Below are positions 47,303 through 56,424 of a stretch of DNA of 64,000 nucleotides, in pieces. The translations under genes and the position numbers were made by a program. Location of the stretch: contig CAXXFK010000018.1 of NCBI GenBank assembly GCA_963663965.2, positions 78,935 through 142,934 on the forward strand. Reading direction: 5' to 3'. Numbering within the stretch: position 1 is the first letter of the stretch; each line of letters begins with the position of its first letter. Source of the stretch: Sedimentisphaerales bacterium. Lineage in GTDB: Bacteria > Planctomycetota > Phycisphaerae > Sedimentisphaerales > SM23-30. The notes below the pieces were generated by a model, which worked only from the letters and a program-made list of their open reading frames with translations, did not search any database and was not told the origin of the DNA.

Positions 47303-48348
47303 ATGAAAAACAAACACTGGAATGAATTGTTAAAGCTGATCGCTGGTGAGCCGCTGGAGATGTTACCGACCGGACTGATTATCGATAGTCCCTGGTTGCC
47401 TGGATGGGCTGGCATTGACACCCTGGATTATTTTACCAGTGATGAACTCTGGTTTCAGGCGAATTTAAAAGCGGAAGAGGTATTTGAAGACCTCTGGTTC
47501 CTGCCCGGTTTCTGGGCTGAATATGGGATGTGTACGGAACCGTCGGCTTTTGGCGCCCGTTGCAGCTGGCATCGGAATGAGTTGCCGTTTGCACATAAAA
47601 CCATTCATAGTCTGGAAGAAATCGACCGGCTTGTCGTACCAGACCCGGCAGTAGACGGCTTGGCGCCTTTTGTGATAAAGCGGTTAGAGAGGTATCGTTC
47701 CCGGATCGAGCAGGCCGGACATTCAATACGCTTTGCCGTGGCGCGCGGCCCGCTTAATGTGGCCTCTTTTATGATGGGAGCGACTGAATTTTTAATGGCA
47801 TTGCGTGATGATTCCCTTAGAATTCACAAGCTGTTACGGGTAATTACGGACTACCTGATACAATGGCTCGACCTGCAAATCAAAACATTTGACAGTATTG
47901 AGGGGATTTTAGTTCTGGATGATATCGTTGGATTCTGTGGGGAGCCGGATTTTCTGGAATTCGCCCGGCCTTATCTGACTGAAATATTTCAGGCTTTCAA
48001 TGTTCCAGTCAAGCTCTTTCATAACGATGCTGATGGCCGTGTTTGTGCCGGATACCTTCATAAGATGGGGGTCAATATTTTTAATTTCAGTTTTCTGCAC
48101 AACCTGGCGGAAATGCGAGAGTGGGCAGGCGATAAGTTACGCTGCTGGGCAATATTCCGCCGAGGGATATTCTGGCCCAGGGCGAACCGTCCGATGTCAA
48201 AGCCGCCGTGCAATCCGCACTGGCCGGCTTAAATGATTATCGCAATATTATCATGTCCTGTGGCGGGGGTACGCCCGATGGAGTATCGACTGAAAACATT
48301 CAGGCCTTATTGGAATCGACACAGGAGTTCCAAAAAACTTTGGTTTAA
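47303..48348 (+). pseudogene. URO-D family protein gene with a 1-nt frameshift near 48135
   Basis: Frame 1 (47303..48232) ends in nonsense after ...AEMREWAGDK. The conserved C-terminus VTLLGNIPPRDILAQGEPSDVKAAVQSALAGLNDYRNIIMSCGGGTPDGVSTENIQALLESTQEFQKTLV continues in another frame up to TAA 48346-48348. GATAAGTTACG would read GDKVTL if one A were added. Confidence 0.75.
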
Positions 48349-48362
48349 TTTTGGGGGCATTT

Positions 48363-49604
48363 ATGCGCAATCTTTTTGCAGTGTGTTTGATGGGAATTTT
48401 CATGAGCCAGTTACTGGCTGCTGATCGTAAAGAGTTTACCGTCCGTGGCGGGGAGTCGGACTGGCTGAATATGCCGGTTGCTGTCAGTCTTGATGGGCTG
48501 CGTCCTTGTGGCGACGATGAAATGATCTTGCTTGAACAAGTGATTGGAACCCGTCGATTTAGTGTGCCCTGTCAGGTCGAACCCGGACCAAACGCGCAAC
48601 TCTGGTTTATTCCCTTAGAACCCATCCCATCCGGGAATATCGTTTCTTACGAAATAAGTTTGAAATCCGCCGAGGCCGTTACGCCGGTCGTGATAGTTGA
48701 GCGAACGGATAAAGAGTTTAAACTGTTAACTTCACAAGGGCCTGTTTTGGATTATTACTATGCACTGCACGATGTGCCCGCGGGAGTCGATCCGGCTTTT
48801 CGGCGCAGCGGTTTTATTCATCCGCTCTGGTCGCCCGGAGGACAGGTGCTCACAGAGATCCAGCCCAAAGACCATTATCATCATTATGGGATCTGGAATC
48901 CCTGGACCAAAACCCATATCGAAGGCCGCGAGATCGATTTCTGGAACCTGGTCAAGAAACAGGGTACCGTTCGGTTTGCCGGTTTGCTGGCCATTGAAAC
49001 CGGGCCGGTTTTTGCCCGTTTGGCGGTCAGGCAGGAACATGTGATGTTTGAGTCAGATGGCCGTGAACGGGTCGCCATGAACGAACTCTGGGATATTAAG
49101 GCCAGTTCCGCCAAGTTAAAAGGCAAACCGGTCTGGGTCATCGATCTGACTTCCACGTTAAATAATAATCTGGATAGCCCCATTGAACTGGCCGAATATC
49201 GCTATGGCGGCGGCTTGGGATTCCGCGCGACCGATCTCTGGACCAATAAGAACAGTACGGTTTTGACCTCTGAAGGCAAAACCCGTAAGGAGGCCGACGC
49301 CAGTCGGGCGCGCTGGTGCAATATTTCCGGTCAGACCGATCAAGGGAAAGCCGGCATTTTGTTTCTCAGTCATGATCGTAATCGTGAACATCCCGAACCG
49401 ATGCGGATGTGGCCGGAGGATGCCAATGGCGGTCGGGGGGATGTGTTCTTTGAATTTTGTCCGATCCGGCTTAAGAACTGGTTTCTCCAGCCGGACAAAA
49501 CGTATGTATTAAGCTATCGTATGATCGTTTATGACGGCGATCTGGATGTGAAGATTGCCGAAGTATTATGGAATAATTTTGTGAATCCGTTGGCGGCCGA
49601 ATAA
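48363..49604 (+). CDS. DUF6807 (PmoA-family-like) secreted protein
   Basis: Signal peptide MRNLFAVCLMGIFMSQLLA. The HPLWSPGGQVLTEIQPKDHYHHYGIWNPWTKTHIEGREIDFWNL segment is typical of the family that accompanies ThuA and Gfo/Idh/MocA genes (from memory). Confidence 0.55.
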   Translation: MRNLFAVCLMGIFMSQLLAADRKEFTVRGGESDWLNMPVAVSLDGLRPCGDDEMILLEQVIGTRRFSVPCQVEPGPNAQLWFIPLEPIPSGNIVSYEISLKSAEAVTPVVIVERTDKEFKLLTSQGPVLDYYYALHDVPAGVDPAFRRSGFIHPLWSPGGQVLTEIQPKDHYHHYGIWNPWTKTHIEGREIDFWNLVKKQGTVRFAGLLAIETGPVFARLAVRQEHVMFESDGRERVAMNELWDIKASSAKLKGKPVWVIDLTSTLNNNLDSPIELAEYRYGGGLGFRATDLWTNKNSTVLTSEGKTRKEADASRARWCNISGQTDQGKAGILFLSHDRNREHPEPMRMWPEDANGGRGDVFFEFCPIRLKNWFLQPDKTYVLSYRMIVYDGDLDVKIAEVLWNNFVNPLAAE

Positions 49605-49630
49605 CTAACCCTAAGATTCAGGAGTACGAG

Positions 49631-50407
49631 ATGAAACATGGAATTAAAACCGGGCTGCTATGTGTTGCCCTGGCATTTACCCTGGCGTTATGCATGGGGC
49701 AGAACAAGCCGCTAGGCAAGCACGTACTGATTTATACCAAAAACGGCAAAGGTTACGTGCATGATAATATTGCCGCCAGTGTCGAGTGCCTGAAGGGTAT
49801 CTGCGATCGCAATCAATGGACCTATGAGGTTAGTGATGACTCCGCGATATTTACCCCGGAAAAGCTGAAAACGTTTGATGTTCTGGTATTTACCAATACC
49901 AACAATGAAACGGTTGATACGGACGATCAGAAAAAGGCGTTTCAGGATTATATCCACGCCGGGGGCGGCTTTGTCGGTATTCATTCGGCCTGTGGATCAG
50001 AACGTCAGTGGCCCTGGTTCTGGGATAATCTAGGCGGAAAATTTGTGCGGCATCCCCCGTTGCAGCCTTTTGATATCAAGGTCATCGATCCTAAACACGT
50101 ATCGACCCGTCATTTGGGTGAAATCTGGAAGTGGGAAGATGAGTGTTACTTTATGAACCAGCTGAATCCGGATATTCATGTTTTGCTGACGGTGGATTTA
50201 CGCACCATCAAAGATGAAGGCAAAACCAAATATCCCGGTGAAGTTTTCGGCAATTATTTTCCTTTGTGCTGGTGTCATGAATTTGAGGGCGGGCGCCAGT
50301 GGTATACGGCGCTGGGCCATAAAATCGATCATTATCAAGACGAAAATTTTGTCAACCATCTGGCCGGCGGCCTCCGCTGGGCAATGACCAAACCTGTCAA
50401 GAAATAA
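49631..50407 (+). CDS. ThuA domain-containing protein
   Basis: VLIYTKNGKGYVHDNI...DVLVFTNT...GGGFVGIHSA...FPLCWCHEFEGGRQWYTALGH...HLAGGLRWA matches the ThuA (trehalose utilisation-like) pattern. Confidence 0.8.
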   Translation: MKHGIKTGLLCVALAFTLALCMGQNKPLGKHVLIYTKNGKGYVHDNIAASVECLKGICDRNQWTYEVSDDSAIFTPEKLKTFDVLVFTNTNNETVDTDDQKKAFQDYIHAGGGFVGIHSACGSERQWPWFWDNLGGKFVRHPPLQPFDIKVIDPKHVSTRHLGEIWKWEDECYFMNQLNPDIHVLLTVDLRTIKDEGKTKYPGEVFGNYFPLCWCHEFEGGRQWYTALGHKIDHYQDENFVNHLAGGLRWAMTKPVKK

Positions 50408-50419
50408 GAAAGGGTAACC

Positions 50420-51781
50420 ATGAAACGAAGAGATTTTCTTAAGTGTACCGCGGCCGCGGCCGGTTTCAGTATTGTACCATCCTCGGTATTTGCCCAGTTT
50501 GGTCCTAATAGCAAGATTAATGTCGCTCATATTGGCTGCGGCCGTATTTGCCGTGAACATGATTTACCGGAGGTTATCCGTCATGATTTCTGCCGATATG
50601 TCGCGGTTGCCGATGTTGACTTGAAACGCGCCAAAGACGGCAAGAAAAAAATTGATGATTATTATGCCAAAAAGAACACCTCGACAGATGTGAAAGTCTA
50701 TCAGGATTACCGTGAAATGCTGCAAGACAAGAGCATTGACGCGGTGGTGATTTCGACGCCGGACCACTGGCACGCTCAACCGGCGATGGAAGCCGCATTG
50801 GCTGGTAAGGATGTTTACCTGCAGAAACCCACCTCGCTGACCATTGCTGAGGGGCGGCAGATGAGCGACACCTTCAATCATACCGGGCGTATTTTCCAGC
50901 TTGGCAGTCAGCAGCGCTCGCGCAGTCCGTGGCCTCAGTTTAAACTGGTATGTGAACTGGTTCGCAACGGGCGGCTGGGTGAGCTTAAGCATGTTGAAGT
51001 AGGGCTGGGTACGGATCCTGGCTGTGGTGATGAACCGGAAATGCCGATTCCCAGTAATTTGAATTACGATATGTGGCTGGGCGCGACGCCGGAAGTTTAC
51101 TATACAGAAAAAAGAGTGCATCCGCAAAAAGATTTCAGCCGGCCGGGCTGGCTGCGCTGTGAGCAGTTTGGCGCGGGGATGATTACCGGCTGGGGTGTTC
51201 ACCATCTCGATATTGCCCACTGGGGTATGGGGGCGGAGTTTACCGGGCCGACGGAAATCGAATGTGAAAAAGTGGTCTATCCCAAATCGGGTTTGTGGAA
51301 TGTTCATGGCGATTTCACGATTCACGCCAAGTATGCCAGCGGCGTGACCATGGAGATTTCCAGCCGGTTTACCAATGGCGTGAAGTTTATCGGGACGGAA
51401 GGCTGGATATTCGTTTCGCGCGGCAATGTACAGGTTACAGCCAGCGATCCGGTGCCGAAGGGTGAGAGTAATGCCCTGAAGGCCAGTGATCCCAAGATGT
51501 TAGCGGCCCTGGGGCCTGATGGTTTCCGGTTGTATGACAGTCCGGAGCAGCATCTTAACTGGCTGGAATGTATTCGTAACCGTCAGATGACCATTTCGCC
51601 GGCGGAAGTGGCGCATCGGTCCTGTACGGTTTGCCTGGTCAGCCATATTTCGATGAAATTCCCCAAGAAGAAATTGTACTGGAATCCGGTTAAAGAAGAA
51701 TTTGTCGGCAATGCCGAAGCGAACAGTATGCTGTCGCGTCCTCAACGCAAGCCCTGGGGTACGAACAATATCAAAGTATAG
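50420..51781 (+). CDS. Gfo/Idh/MocA family oxidoreductase with Tat signal
   Basis: Twin-arginine signal MKRRDFLKCTAAAAGFSIV. Rossmann start INVAHIGCGRI. Family motif VISTPDHWHA. Confidence 0.9.
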   Translation: MKRRDFLKCTAAAAGFSIVPSSVFAQFGPNSKINVAHIGCGRICREHDLPEVIRHDFCRYVAVADVDLKRAKDGKKKIDDYYAKKNTSTDVKVYQDYREMLQDKSIDAVVISTPDHWHAQPAMEAALAGKDVYLQKPTSLTIAEGRQMSDTFNHTGRIFQLGSQQRSRSPWPQFKLVCELVRNGRLGELKHVEVGLGTDPGCGDEPEMPIPSNLNYDMWLGATPEVYYTEKRVHPQKDFSRPGWLRCEQFGAGMITGWGVHHLDIAHWGMGAEFTGPTEIECEKVVYPKSGLWNVHGDFTIHAKYASGVTMEISSRFTNGVKFIGTEGWIFVSRGNVQVTASDPVPKGESNALKASDPKMLAALGPDGFRLYDSPEQHLNWLECIRNRQMTISPAEVAHRSCTVCLVSHISMKFPKKKLYWNPVKEEFVGNAEANSMLSRPQRKPWGTNNIKV

Positions 51782-51814
51782 CAGTGGGACAATAAACCGT
51801 TTTTTCCCCAATAG

Positions 51815-51845
51815 AAGGTGGGTCAATCATTGGCTCACCTTTTTT
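51815..51845 (+). terminator. Rho-independent terminator
   Basis: Stem AAGGTGGG / CTCACCTT (one G-U pair), 11-nt loop, followed by T-run TTTTT. Confidence 0.55.
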
Positions 51846-51989
51846 AATTATCCATCCAGGTATAAATCAAGCAATTTATCAAGTGTTGAGCTATTTACTT
51901 GCACACAAAGGCGGAACTCGTTACAATAAATTCTGGAACATAAGCAAATTTACCTCCCGATATCCCCTTATGATCACGAGGAAAATGAG

Positions 51990-54932
51990 ATGAAAAGCAT
52001 GATGGTCTCCCTGTTTATTTTGTCGGTATGGCTGATTTCGTTTTCTCTGGGTGCGGCACCGTTAGACAATATTGTTACCACCGGGTTATGGCATATGGAT
52101 GAGACGCTGGCGGATGGATTTATGACGCCGGATGATGATTCGAATAATCCGGGCCGGGACCGGGATCTGACGTTGTTTTATTCCGGGACCAATCCCAATC
52201 CGCCGGTTGTGGTTGCGGGTAAAGAGGCCGGGGCATTGGCGTTTAGCGGGGAGAATATCGCGATTGCATCGAATTTCTGGAACTCTTCTTATACTGAATT
52301 TTATATTGAATACTGGCTCTATCTGTACAGTACGCCAACGGATCTGGGATCGGCGATCATGTACCTGTTCAGTTCGAGTTTATTCGAATCGGCGGTCTGG
52401 CCCCGCACTAATGCCACGACCGGGGCCAATGAAGATTATATGCGGTTCAAAATTTATACATCGTCCGGCAATCATACCGGTGAGATTATGGTGGCTGATC
52501 TGAAAAACCAGTGGCTTCATGTGGTTCAGTCTTATGACGCCAGTCGCCATTATGTCTTTACGATTACTGATGAATCTGGTGGTGTGCGTTCGGTGACGTT
52601 TACCGGTTCCAGCAAGCTCAAGTCGGTAACTTGTGGATTCCAGTTTGGTTATACTCCCGGCAAGCCATCCAACCGGGGTTTTCGGGGGATGATCGATGAG
52701 GTTAAAATCTCCAACAGTCTGACCATACCCCATCAGGCCTACAGCCCGGTTCCAGCCCAGGGCGCTACGCTGACCGAGCCGCCGGCGGTATTACGCTGGT
52801 CGCCGGGTTATGTGGCGGCGTTCAGCGATGTTTATCTGGGTAACAACAGCGCGAATGTGGCGGCTGGGGTCAAGTATCCCGGTGATATCGATGGCAGTAC
52901 GATGGTCGATCTGCTAGATTTTAACTGGTTATCCAATGGTTGGGGTCAGGTGGAGCAATCGCCCTGTGTGGATATTAACCATGACAGCGCGATTGATACG
53001 GTCGATCTGGCCGGTCTGCAGGGGGACTGGCTGGCGGATCCTTTGCCCTGGTACCTGGGTGGAACGGGATCGAATACCTTGCCGGCGCCGAAGATGGCGC
53101 CTGCCACCCAGTATTACTGGCGGGTGGCGAGCGCCAACTGTGATGAAACCGATCCGGGGGTGATCTGGTCATTTACCACCGGTTCGGCACGGTCCACATC
53201 GCCTGCGCCGGCGAATAATGCTACGGGCGTATCGACTATGGATTATCAATGCCAGCTGGGCTGGACACCGGGTTTTGGCGCGGATTCATTTAATGTCTAT
53301 TTTGGTACTAATTCGGATCCGGGCTATTATACCAACGTAGCTGAGCCGTTGGCGATATCCCCTGATCTGCAGCCGGGAAAGCGGTATTACTGGCGTGTCG
53401 ATACGCTGGGTGAATCTGGTGTTACCGAGGGGACAGTCTGGAGTTTTACCACCGGGGCTATGATCGCCACGCACCCGACGCCCGCCCAGGGAGCGACGAA
53501 GGTTACCTATCCGCTGGAGGGTGTTCAACTCAGCTGGAGCAGTGATTTTGCGCCCCAGGCCTATCATGTTTATTTCGGCAGTGAGAATCCACCCGCCTAC
53601 CTGGGTTCGACTACCGATCCGGATTATCTGACACCGGCGGTTGACTCGAATACAACGTATTACTGGCGGGTTGACGCGGTCGATCCGCTGGGGACAGTCG
53701 TTGGGCCGGTCTGGAGTTTCAGTACCACGACTCCGGCGTTTCCGACGGCGGAAGGTTTTGGGCGGTTTGCTTCCGGGGGCAGGGGGGGTACGGTTTATCA
53801 TGTGACCACCCTGAACGATTCGGGTTCGGGCAGTTTTCGCGACGCGGTGAGTCAGAGCAACCGTACGATTGTTTTTGATGTTGGGGGACAGATTGTGTTG
53901 TCATCGCGGCTGGGGATCACCAAAAATAATCTGACGATTGCCGGCCAGACGGCGCCGGGACAGGGGATTTCGATCGCGGGGCCGGGGATTTCGGTGGGCG
54001 CGGATAACCTGATTATCCGTTACCTGCGGGTGCGTTATACTAATTCCGATACCCAGGATGACACGTTCAGTTTGAACGATACCTGTGAGAATATCATTAT
54101 CGACCACCTGTCCACCTCGTGGGGGACGGATGAAGTTTTTTCGATAACCGGATCGCAATTGATCACTGCGCAGTGGTGTATTATCGCGGAAGGTCAGAAC
54201 ACGCTGGGGCATTCCAAGGGAAGCCTGCTGGAATGGCCGCAGTTGACCATGCATCATTGCCTGTACGCGCATAACAATGACCGGAACCCGAAGAGCAAAG
54301 GGGTGTTCGATTACCGTAATAATGTGGCTTATGACTGGGGGTTCGCGCCGTTTATCGCCGGGGGTGGGTCCGCCGGGATGAGTTATGCCAATTGCGTGGG
54401 CAATTATTATATCGCCGGGGCCAGCAGTACGACCAGGGCGGGTGTGATGGTTATCCTGGGTAACTCCAATTATCACATGTACTTCGAAAATAACCGGATC
54501 GATTCGAATCAAAACGGGGTGGCCGATGGGGTGGATCTTGGGCTGGCCATGATCGATCCGGAGCAGCCGCTGACGGTGATGGCTGAGCCGTACGCGTATC
54601 CGGTAGTGGCGACGGATTCGCCGGAGGTGGCTTATCTGCGGGTGCTGCAATACGCGGGCTGCTCGCTACAGCGCGACGCGATCGATACCCGGATTGTTAA
54701 CCAGGTGAAAAATCAGACCGGGGGAATTGTGTACCATTATAATGATGTCGGTGGGTTGGGGACGATAGCCGGGGGCGCGGCGCCGGTGGATACCGATCAG
54801 GATGGTATGCCCGATAGCTGGGAGGATGGCCATGACGGGCTGAGTAAGACGAATCCGGATGACCGTAATGGGGATCCGGATGGGGATGGGTATACGAATC
54901 TGGAAGATTATCTTAACTCGATTGCTCCCTGA
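51990..54932 (+). CDS. Secreted multidomain pectate lyase (LamG-like, dockerin-like, three YYWRVD modules, PL1-type beta-helix, TSP3 repeats)
   Basis: 980 aa with a signal peptide. LamG-like N-terminus (MIDEVKISNSL). Dockerin-like DIDGSTMVDLLDF...DINHDSAIDTVDL. Three ~95-aa modules end in VWSFTT. Pectate-lyase core GGRGGTVYHVTTLNDSGSGSFRDAV...LTIAGQTAPGQGISIAG...IIRYLRVR. C-terminal DTDQDGMPDSWE...DPDGDGYTNLEDY. Confidence 0.85.
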   Translation: MKSMMVSLFILSVWLISFSLGAAPLDNIVTTGLWHMDETLADGFMTPDDDSNNPGRDRDLTLFYSGTNPNPPVVVAGKEAGALAFSGENIAIASNFWNSSYTEFYIEYWLYLYSTPTDLGSAIMYLFSSSLFESAVWPRTNATTGANEDYMRFKIYTSSGNHTGEIMVADLKNQWLHVVQSYDASRHYVFTITDESGGVRSVTFTGSSKLKSVTCGFQFGYTPGKPSNRGFRGMIDEVKISNSLTIPHQAYSPVPAQGATLTEPPAVLRWSPGYVAAFSDVYLGNNSANVAAGVKYPGDIDGSTMVDLLDFNWLSNGWGQVEQSPCVDINHDSAIDTVDLAGLQGDWLADPLPWYLGGTGSNTLPAPKMAPATQYYWRVASANCDETDPGVIWSFTTGSARSTSPAPANNATGVSTMDYQCQLGWTPGFGADSFNVYFGTNSDPGYYTNVAEPLAISPDLQPGKRYYWRVDTLGESGVTEGTVWSFTTGAMIATHPTPAQGATKVTYPLEGVQLSWSSDFAPQAYHVYFGSENPPAYLGSTTDPDYLTPAVDSNTTYYWRVDAVDPLGTVVGPVWSFSTTTPAFPTAEGFGRFASGGRGGTVYHVTTLNDSGSGSFRDAVSQSNRTIVFDVGGQIVLSSRLGITKNNLTIAGQTAPGQGISIAGPGISVGADNLIIRYLRVRYTNSDTQDDTFSLNDTCENIIIDHLSTSWGTDEVFSITGSQLITAQWCIIAEGQNTLGHSKGSLLEWPQLTMHHCLYAHNNDRNPKSKGVFDYRNNVAYDWGFAPFIAGGGSAGMSYANCVGNYYIAGASSTTRAGVMVILGNSNYHMYFENNRIDSNQNGVADGVDLGLAMIDPEQPLTVMAEPYAYPVVATDSPEVAYLRVLQYAGCSLQRDAIDTRIVNQVKNQTGGIVYHYNDVGGLGTIAGGAAPVDTDQDGMPDSWEDGHDGLSKTNPDDRNGDPDGDGYTNLEDYLNSIAP

Positions 54933-54954
54933 TGGTTATGAATGGATTGTGGGC

Positions 54955-56170
54955 GATTGGGTTCGTTTGGAATCCGGGGGGGTGTTTTAGAGAATCGTTT
55001 CACACGAAGCTATCAAACCACGAGAAGAAAAACAGAATCTTTTCGACAGGATCATCCCGATCCAGATGGCTCGGGATTTCGCTTGGCTCAATATCCGGGA
55101 CTTTCGGCTGATGACAGGATATAAGAAATGGGATTTTGGATTTAATGCAACAGCCGATTTAACCGCAGATGGACGCTGATAAAAAACGGGTTTAAGTTGT
55201 TAAAATATAAGAAGTTAGAACCACGGAATACTCGGAATACACGGAAGAAAAAAAAGATATAATTTATTGATATAAAACAGGTTATGACTTAATGATGGAT
55301 TCTAGTGAATGCGGTGAACTTTCGGTTTTTATGTTAAAATAGGTAGGATTGGGTTCGTTTGGATCTGGGGGGGGGCTTAGAGAATTGTTTCACACGAAGT
55401 CGCCAAGCCGCAAAGAAGAAACAGCCAGAAATCCGAACCACTAATGGACACGAATGGACACCAATATGAAAAAGGCGAAAAGGCGAAAAAAACGGCCGAT
55501 AGAACCACGAAGCGCCTTCGGCTTCACGAAGCGCGTCCTCCTGAGGCGGATCTTCGACCCTTCTGAGGCGGATCTACGACCTTCGGCGCTACACGAAGGG
55601 GCTATGGCTGAATAAAAATGATATAAATACTTTATGATAAATAAGATACAGGCTATTTTTTCTTCATTGGGTTCGTTTGGAAATTGGGGTGAATATGGGA
55701 ATACCGGAAGGGTTTGGTGTCTGCATTCATTACCAGCAAGATGCTCGTTCTGGCTTTGGTATTCTGTTGTCAAAGAGCGGGTGTTTTTTTTCGAAAGCGG
55801 CGGCCGGGGGTTTGTTGGTGGTTGGGTTTACCCGTTTGTTGATTTTAGGTCATTATTGCGTGAATGTCAAATTTAAAATTAAGTTTTATTTTTGGTAAAT
55901 ATGGTGGGGTGGCTTTTTGTGTTATGGGCTGGTTGGTAGATTATGGGAGTAGGGATTGCCATGAAATTTCGGAGTGTGGCTTCGAATGTTCAGGTGAGAG
56001 GTTTTTACCTGGGGTGAGAATGTCGCTTTTGAGGAAACGGTAAGAAAAGTGTTGAACCACTGACACAGGGCGGTCAAGCCGCAACCAAAGAAGAAATAGT
56101 TCACACATAGAAGCCACTAAGCCGCTAAGGCGCAAAGAAAAAATAGTTTGTCAGACAGGCTAACAGGATT
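54955..56170. repeat. Three tandem copies of the composite word-repeat module (same family as 4133-4640)
   Basis: The unit head GATTGGGTTCGTTTGGA..GGGGGG..TTAGAGAAT.GTTTCACACGAAG occurs at 54955-55009 and 55347-55399, and is truncated at 55665-55691. Each head is followed by short tandem words (CACGGAA/CTCGGAA, ATGGACAC, AAAGGCGA, CTGAGGCGGATCT.CGACC x2, AGCCAC/AGCCGC, ACAGGAT). There are no ORFs with coding character. Confidence 0.7.
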
Positions 56171-56347
56171 GACGGGATCGGATAGAGTTTTGTAAGTATT
56201 TATTGTGCCAGTTTTTATGGGGGGGATTCGATTGGTTAGTGTGGTTTTTTTTGTTTGTAAATGCGGATTATAAAATATTTATGATGCGATAATTTATTAT
56301 GAATCCGTATAAATATTCCAAAATAAGATAATATATTCTCGATAGAT

Positions 56348-56375
56348 TTGCTTATAGAAAAACTTGTGATATAAT
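56348..56375 (+). promoter_or_regulatory. Sigma-70-like promoter with extended -10
   Basis: TTGCTT (56348-56353), 16-nt spacer, TGATATAAT (TG-extended -10, TATAAT 56370-56375). AAGGA SD at 56413-56417 precedes ATG 56425. Confidence 0.5.
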
Positions 56376-56424
56376 TAATCAGTCAAGCACAATAATAAAA
56401 CTTAAATTTCTAAAGGAAATAATC

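Noticed and set aside
55441-55898. ORFs of 73-110 aa inside the repeat array (55441..55773 minus, 55634..55876 plus, 55677..55898 plus)
   Set aside because: Their translations are dominated by the tandem words and homopolymer runs. They have no start signals and overlap each other in different frames.
54955-56170. Possible CRISPR array, because of regularly recurring sequence blocks in non-coding DNA
   Set aside because: The repeat heads are about 55 nt and spaced 320-390 bp apart. The intervening DNA is itself made of short tandem words rather than unique 30-40-nt spacers. There are no cas genes and no leader-like structure.
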